A stretch of 64,000 bases of DNA, from contig JBBRAU010000001.1 of NCBI GenBank assembly GCA_038206475.1, forward strand, positions 71,235-135,234, written 5' to 3'. Below are positions 59,652 to 64,000 of this stretch, piece by piece (the stretch's first letter is position 1; the number at the start of each line of letters is the position of its first letter). The notes beneath the pieces were generated by a model. It saw only the letters and a program-made list of their open reading frames with translations. It ran no database searches and was not told the DNA's origin. This DNA is from Patescibacteria group bacterium (GTDB lineage: Bacteria > Patescibacteriota > UBA1384 > JBBRAU01). The translations under genes and the position numbers were made by a program.

Positions 59652-59851
59652 TTTTGTTCCTTTAATTGAAAGATATCTTCTACCCGTACCTTAAAAAAAG
59701 CAGCAAGCCGTAAGGCCAGGACCACCGAAGATTGATACTTGTTTTGCTCGATGGCGATCACTGTCTGGCGGATCACGCCAATTTCCTCAGCCAATCCTTG
59801 CTGAGTAAGGCCAAGCTCGGCCCGCAGTACTTTGAGTCGGTTGGTTAACAT
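59648..59851 (-). CDS. XRE/Cro-family HTH transcriptional regulator
   Basis: NRLKVLRAELGLTQQGLAEEIGVIRQTVIAIEQNKY..VEDIF. Confidence 0.9.
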   Translation of the reverse strand: MLTNRLKVLRAELGLTQQGLAEEIGVIRQTVIAIEQNKYQSSVVLALRLAAFFKVRVEDIFQLKEQK

Positions 59852-59857
59852 AACTTG

Positions 59858-59879
59858 AATGTATGGTATACAATACATT
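59858..59879. promoter_or_regulatory. Palindromic putative operator upstream of XRE gene
   Basis: AATGTAT..ATACATT inverted repeat immediately upstream of the start codon. Confidence 0.45.
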
Positions 59880-60037
59880 TTGTCAAAAGTGACGTACATA
59901 TTCATGCTGGCCGGATCGAATATTAAGATATATCCCCATGATCATAAGCCCGCTGCGGGCCTTAGTTGCCATTTTGGTAGTGAGACACAGGGATGCTTGA
60001 GGTTGGGTATAGTGCTCGGCCTCTTTTTGTTCTGCCG

Positions 60038-60067
60038 AGTTATAACAATTTGGTATCTCAGGAGCCA
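60038..60067 (+). repeat. Site AGTTATAAC-N8-ATCTCAGGAGCCA, copy 1
   Basis: Matches 60747-60776; ends in the tRNA-Asn 3' sequence CAGGAGCCA. Confidence 0.8.
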
Positions 60068-60144
60068 CGTCTAACCCAGTTTGGGTTGGGTTATTACCAA
60101 GTGTAAAAATATCGCCTTAGGCGATATTTTGTTATGGTCAGTTT

Positions 60145-60744
60145 GTGTCAGAAGGATTAGGGTTTTCCCTGGGAGAATTTGAACCACAGGTACCAGTGGA
60201 GAATTTTCTCAAACCAGAACGGCGTATATCAGTAGAAATTTCTAACCAGGCATTCGAGCATTTTCCCGAAATATCGCCTGAAGAGCTTGAATCCAAGCAG
60301 GAGCGCTATTTCCTGCTGCTTGGTAATTCAGGCATCGAAGGCAGTGTCAAAATTAACGGCGTGATGCAGCTTGAAGACACAACCGGTTTTTACCAGGAAG
60401 GCAGGGAGTCTGTTGCCGGAGTAAATATCTCAGCACTAAAATCTATAGCGGATGGGGTAAGGACGCTTGGTCCAGAATATACATCTTGGCACTTTGTTGG
60501 TGAAATGCACACCCATCCGGTGATTCAGGAAGAACTTGATGTAAATCAACGCTCACACCACCCCTCAGAGGAAGATATACAGGCATGGATTGCCTGCTAT
60601 GAACGTGGAGAATTGACTGGCGATACGCCCTTCATTTTTGCGATTGCCGGAGCTCAAGAAAATGGCAGTACTGGGTATGCGTATTATCGAGTAGTTAAGG
60701 AGAGCGATCGATTGGTGGTCGTATCTGTAGCGGAGCATGACTGA
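60145..60744 (+). CDS. JAB/MPN (JAMM) domain protein
   Basis: QERYFLLLG..FVGEMHTHP..HPSEED. Confidence 0.75.
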   Translation: MSEGLGFSLGEFEPQVPVENFLKPERRISVEISNQAFEHFPEISPEELESKQERYFLLLGNSGIEGSVKINGVMQLEDTTGFYQEGRESVAGVNISALKSIADGVRTLGPEYTSWHFVGEMHTHPVIQEELDVNQRSHHPSEEDIQAWIACYERGELTGDTPFIFAIAGAQENGSTGYAYYRVVKESDRLVVVSVAEHD

Positions 60745-60746
60745 TC

Positions 60747-60776
60747 AGTTATAACTTCCTGCCATCTCAGGAGCCA
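60747..60776 (+). repeat. Site AGTTATAAC-N8-ATCTCAGGAGCCA, copy 2
   Basis: Matches 60038-60067; begins two bases after the JAB gene stop. Confidence 0.8.
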
Positions 60777-60885
60777 AGGTATTGATGTAATCAGTAAAAA
60801 ATTGTATTAGCATAAACAACTCAGGCTTTCGAGCCTGTTTTATATATTGCTTTGTAACTTGACCGAACGCATTTGGGAGAACACG

Positions 60886-61071
60886 ATGGAGAACTTGCCT
60901 AGGCGCAACATCGGAGTGACTGGCTTCATGACCCCTCAGGAGATTGATGCCGTTCAGAAGACTTTTTCAATGCTGAATCATGAACACCGAGTACTGAACA
61001 AGGGCGGAGTCTATCCGCGCTTCATGATCGGTATTCTAGTTAGCGCCAAGACGGCAGTTAAACAAAAATAG
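60886..61071 (+). CDS. Short hypothetical protein, possibly an N-terminal fragment
   Basis: GGGAGA RBS; MENLPRRNIGVTGFMTPQEI..FMIGILVSAKT; stop lies inside a 13-bp hairpin. Confidence 0.45.
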   Translation: MENLPRRNIGVTGFMTPQEIDAVQKTFSMLNHEHRVLNKGGVYPRFMIGILVSAKTAVKQK

Positions 61072-61092
61072 CCGTCAATGGCTATTTTTGTT
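61061..61092. terminator. 13-bp perfect hairpin, probable bidirectional terminator
   Basis: AACAAAAATAGCC-GTCAAT-GGCTATTTTTGTT. Confidence 0.7.
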
Positions 61093-61269
61093 AGGGCCAA
61101 ATCATACCCGCAGCACATTGCGCCATATTCTTCAGGGGTAGGTATCACCGATAAATTAGCTTGAACATGGTTGTTAATGTGCGGTATTCCTCGATACGCT
61201 ACCCACTTTCAATACTTTATGGTTGACAATCACGTACGAATAGTCCATATTCACACGCAAGCTGTTGTC

Positions 61270-61308
61270 CTCGTCCCTTCGAGCGTGTTTCACGCTCGAA
61301 GGGACGAG
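61270..61308. repeat. Perfect 18-bp inverted repeat
   Basis: CTCGTCCCTTCGAGCGTG-TTT-CACGCTCGAAGGGACGAG. Confidence 0.9.
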
Positions 61309-61364
61309 AGTGAACAATCTGACGCGCTCACAGGCGCCTATATCAACAAGGAGATGATTTTATC

Positions 61365-62282
61365 ATGAAGTCTGTAACCCCAGAGCAAGCGAGACAAGTG
61401 CTCGACTTCCTCCGAGACGGCATTCTGCCGACCCTGCAATACGCAGGGTACGACACTGTACAAGCGGCTATCTCCCGTTCCGAACGGGTGCACAAACTGC
61501 AACAGGCCGTCCGGCCTCTCATTACCGAGTTTCTCAATCCCAACCCTTACAAGGACGAAAAGAAGAATCCAAACCATGAGTTCAATTACACCACCGAGCA
61601 TCTTCCCCGTGTCGAAGAGCAGGCGGTCAAGCAACTGGCGGGCCTCGGCCTCACCGCTCAACCCATCCTCGTTCCCTTGACCGGCAAACAGGAACAGGGA
61701 GCCGACGGTATGATGGCGCTGCCGTATCTCGCCGACCTCGGTCGCAAGATGGGCATCGACAACCCGACCCGCTCCGGCTATGCCGAAGTGACGAACCGGG
61801 TGCTCACCGCCCTCAACAATTCTCACCGGTTCTACAAATACCGTAAGGCAAAGGTCGACAGTGACCATCTCCGTCTCAACGACGAAGTGGCGAGCTTGAT
61901 CGAGAAGCTGGAGAGCGAATCGACCATACCGGCCCAACCAGGCATCATTCGCTTCCATCTCTTGCCCATCAGCACCGGCGCGGTCTACGCGGGCTACTCG
62001 CCGAGAAACGCCCGTACTGATGCCTTACTCTCCGGCAACCTCCCCCTCGGCTCAGCCCACACCGGCTGCATTCTCCTGTCCTGGACGCGGCGGCTGGAAA
62101 AGTGGGAGCAGCGCCTCATCGACTGTTCTGCCGACGAGTGTCGCTTGGAGAATGGCGAGTGGCTTGGCTGCTTGTACTTCCACTTCGGTGGAGACAAGTT
62201 ACGCCTCGATGTCTGCGACGCTGGCAATGCCCTTGCCAGCACCGGATCGCCCGTGGCCTATCTCGACGCTAGGCCATCGTAG
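61365..62282 (+). CDS. Hypothetical protein, C-terminus resembling CLec-type variable proteins
   Basis: AAGGAG upstream; 305 aa; C-terminal LIDCSADE..LYFHF..TGSPVAYL. Confidence 0.7.
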   Translation: MKSVTPEQARQVLDFLRDGILPTLQYAGYDTVQAAISRSERVHKLQQAVRPLITEFLNPNPYKDEKKNPNHEFNYTTEHLPRVEEQAVKQLAGLGLTAQPILVPLTGKQEQGADGMMALPYLADLGRKMGIDNPTRSGYAEVTNRVLTALNNSHRFYKYRKAKVDSDHLRLNDEVASLIEKLESESTIPAQPGIIRFHLLPISTGAVYAGYSPRNARTDALLSGNLPLGSAHTGCILLSWTRRLEKWEQRLIDCSADECRLENGEWLGCLYFHFGGDKLRLDVCDAGNALASTGSPVAYLDARPS

Positions 62283-62305
62283 CGTGCCATTCGCTCCTTT
62301 CACCT

Positions 62306-62345
62306 GAGAGACAACCAAAACATCGGTTGTCTCTCTTTTGTTTTG
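62306..62345 (+). terminator. Intrinsic terminator
   Basis: GAGAGACAACC-AAAACATC-GGTTGTCTCTC then TTTTGTTTT. Confidence 0.8.
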
Positions 62346-62595
62346 TTTAAAAACCAATACCCTCCGCAGTAACTCAAGAGATTGGTTTTTCAGTTAATCC
62401 TTAAAAAGACCGGCGCTTTAGCCAAACTAATGCCGAGGTACAAAATAGAAATTGCCGAGTTTGAGCTACCTGTGCAGTGCGGCGAAGAGGAGGGGGCTGT
62501 CCGCCGAGGCGTAATTGGACTCTTGAGGAGCGAGAGCTAGAGCCGCGAAGATTTCGCCGTTCCTGAGAGAAAGCAGGTATTGCTCAGCTGACCTT

Positions 62596-63021
62596 TCACC
62601 CGTCGTCCGAGACATTATGCGCTATGGCGGCGCGAATTAGTTCTTTTAAAGCTTTTTCGTCAATTTGGTCGTCCTGGTGAAAATCGATGGCGCGTCGCGT
62701 GCTGCCTTCCAGGCTTGAGTTGAAAAGACCGGAAGGGTCCTTTAGTGCGGCGCCCTTGGCGAAGGTTAGCTTGACAACATCTTTGTATACCTCGCCGGTG
62801 CAGATCATGCCTGCATGCAACCAAACCGGTACGCCAAGTGGGCTGCTGGGCTTGACCCACTTACATGCTTCAGCCACCTCGGGGTCAGCCTGCTTGATGA
62901 GAGTACGGATATGTGCGAGCATCTCACCACGCCAATCGACGAGCTCTTTGATGCGTGTGTCAATCATGCGAGATGGAGAATCTTCGGCTGTATCTTGAGT
63001 AGTTTGTGTAGAGTTATTCAC
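62596..63021 (-). CDS. DUF1801 family protein
   Basis: IDTRIKELVDWRGE..KW..GVPVW..VKLTFAKGAALKDPSGLFNSSLEG..RRAID; start uncertain. Confidence 0.88.
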   Translation of the reverse strand: MNNSTQTTQDTAEDSPSRMIDTRIKELVDWRGEMLAHIRTLIKQADPEVAEACKWVKPSSPLGVPVWLHAGMICTGEVYKDVVKLTFAKGAALKDPSGLFNSSLEGSTRRAIDFHQDDQIDEKALKELIRAAIAHNVSDDG

Positions 63022-63124
63022 CTTAGTATCGTAACGGCATACCTCACTTTGAAGCAATGGTTTCATGGCCTTGAGGCAGGCGAGAGACGTGAGAAAAACT
63101 ACTGTCCTGCGTGTGTCTGGCCGC

Positions 63125-63439
63125 CTAGTGCGGCCGAGATTTTCTACTGAGCACCCAGCTTACCGATGGACTTATCGGCTTATCGGTGCGATGCGGGCAA
63201 CCAATCCAACAGCACGGCCGGCGTTTGCCTTCCAACAACTTTGTCCGCACGCGCTCAATATGTTCTCTACGCGTTTCTTCCTTTTTGACGAACTCAACCC
63301 AACAAATCCACTCGTTGCGCGCGAGAGGTGTAAGACCTTGCCAGATATCGCGCAACGATGCAGAAGATATGAGAGTTTTTTTTAAATCGGCTGGCACACT
63401 GTGTACCACACCACCAGCAAGTTCGTCTTTAATTGTCAT
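63125..63439 (-). CDS. YdeI/OmpD-associated family protein
   Basis: VPADL..LTPLARNEWICWV..KKEETR..GKRRPCCWIGC. Confidence 0.85.
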   Translation of the reverse strand: MTIKDELAGGVVHSVPADLKKTLISSASLRDIWQGLTPLARNEWICWVEFVKKEETRREHIERVRTKLLEGKRRPCCWIGCPHRTDKPISPSVSWVLSRKSRPH

Positions 63440-63534
63440 AGCTGCATTTTTAATCAGTTGTGGTATTTATGCAACAGAGTGTATGGTTGTAAACGTTTAA
63501 TCATGTAAAGCATGAGTATGAAGATAGGAGTCTA

Positions 63535-63846
63535 GTGCACAATAACCAACTGATGGGACGGGGCACCTTGCATGGACTTGGCGTGATGGCATACTGCGCG
63601 GCTGTGTCGCAGGTCATTAGCCACAGCGACCAATTGTTTGGCCACATGGACACGGTATTGACCGGTGCCGCCTTTTTGATGCTGCTGACACTGTCGGCTG
63701 CCACTGTCGGAGCGCTCATTTTTGGCAAGCCGGCGCTTTTGTACGCCGAAGGTAAAAAGCAGCAAGCGATTATGCTTGTCGGTTACACCTTGGGCACGCT
63801 TGCTATACTGACTATTCTGCTGATGGTGGTGGTTGCTGCACGGTAG
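63535..63846 (+). CDS. Small hypothetical membrane protein (3 TM)
   Basis: AGGAG RBS; hydrophobic segments, LIFGKPALLY..GKK. Confidence 0.7.
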   Translation: MHNNQLMGRGTLHGLGVMAYCAAVSQVISHSDQLFGHMDTVLTGAAFLMLLTLSAATVGALIFGKPALLYAEGKKQQAIMLVGYTLGTLAILTILLMVVVAAR

Positions 63847-64000
63847 CGATCTGAGACATTTAGCATAAAAAAGCCAGTTTTTGCCTAAGCGCCGACAAGG
63901 CCGAGTAGGTGGTAAAATTGTAATGGCGCGTTCCTTTTGAGCGGAAGGTCAAATGACGCCTTTGTATTTCATCCCAGATTGGCCACAGACGCACTTTAGT

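Noticed and set aside
60038-60776. Classical integron attC or dif sites
   Set aside because: No RYYYAAC..GTTRRRY imperfect palindrome, no intI, and no XerD-arm match; reported instead as an unassigned site
61338-61958. 206-aa minus-strand ORF
   Set aside because: Antisense shadow of 61365..62282, which has the RBS and terminator

Overview
Chromosomal origin region of a Patescibacteria (CPR)-like bacterium using the standard genetic code (TGA acts as stop). The taxonomy is inferred from a streamlined gene set, a chromosomal PrgI/VirB4/VirB6 cluster, and short ValRS and pyruvate kinase. Left part: yidC-yidD-rnpA-rpmH divergent from dnaA-oriC-dnaN-recF-dciA, with two tRNAs. Next is an ~21 kb minus-strand run (tsaD-valS-TPR, then a relaxase-less T4SS-like cluster with several predicted peptidoglycan hydrolases). 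Then come housekeeping genes (femX, murE, ftsK, rodZ, recA, recX, pyk), a catalytically eroded PEP synthase, a type I R-M island at tRNA-Arg(CCG), an intein-containing dnaG, rpoD and an accessory region anchored at tRNA-Asn. Most unusual signals: (1) a family of ~135-155 bp structured elements with a shared core, joined to duplicated 3' ends of two different tRNAs at the T-loop; (2) a cassette-like array downstream of tRNA-Asn delimited by a repeated AGTTATAAC-N8-ATCTCAGGAGCCA site; (3) a 1238-aa protein whose M15-like zinc-peptidase motifs lie ~990 residues apart; (4) a probably phase-variable hsdS. All product calls come from motif recognition by eye; no database search was run.
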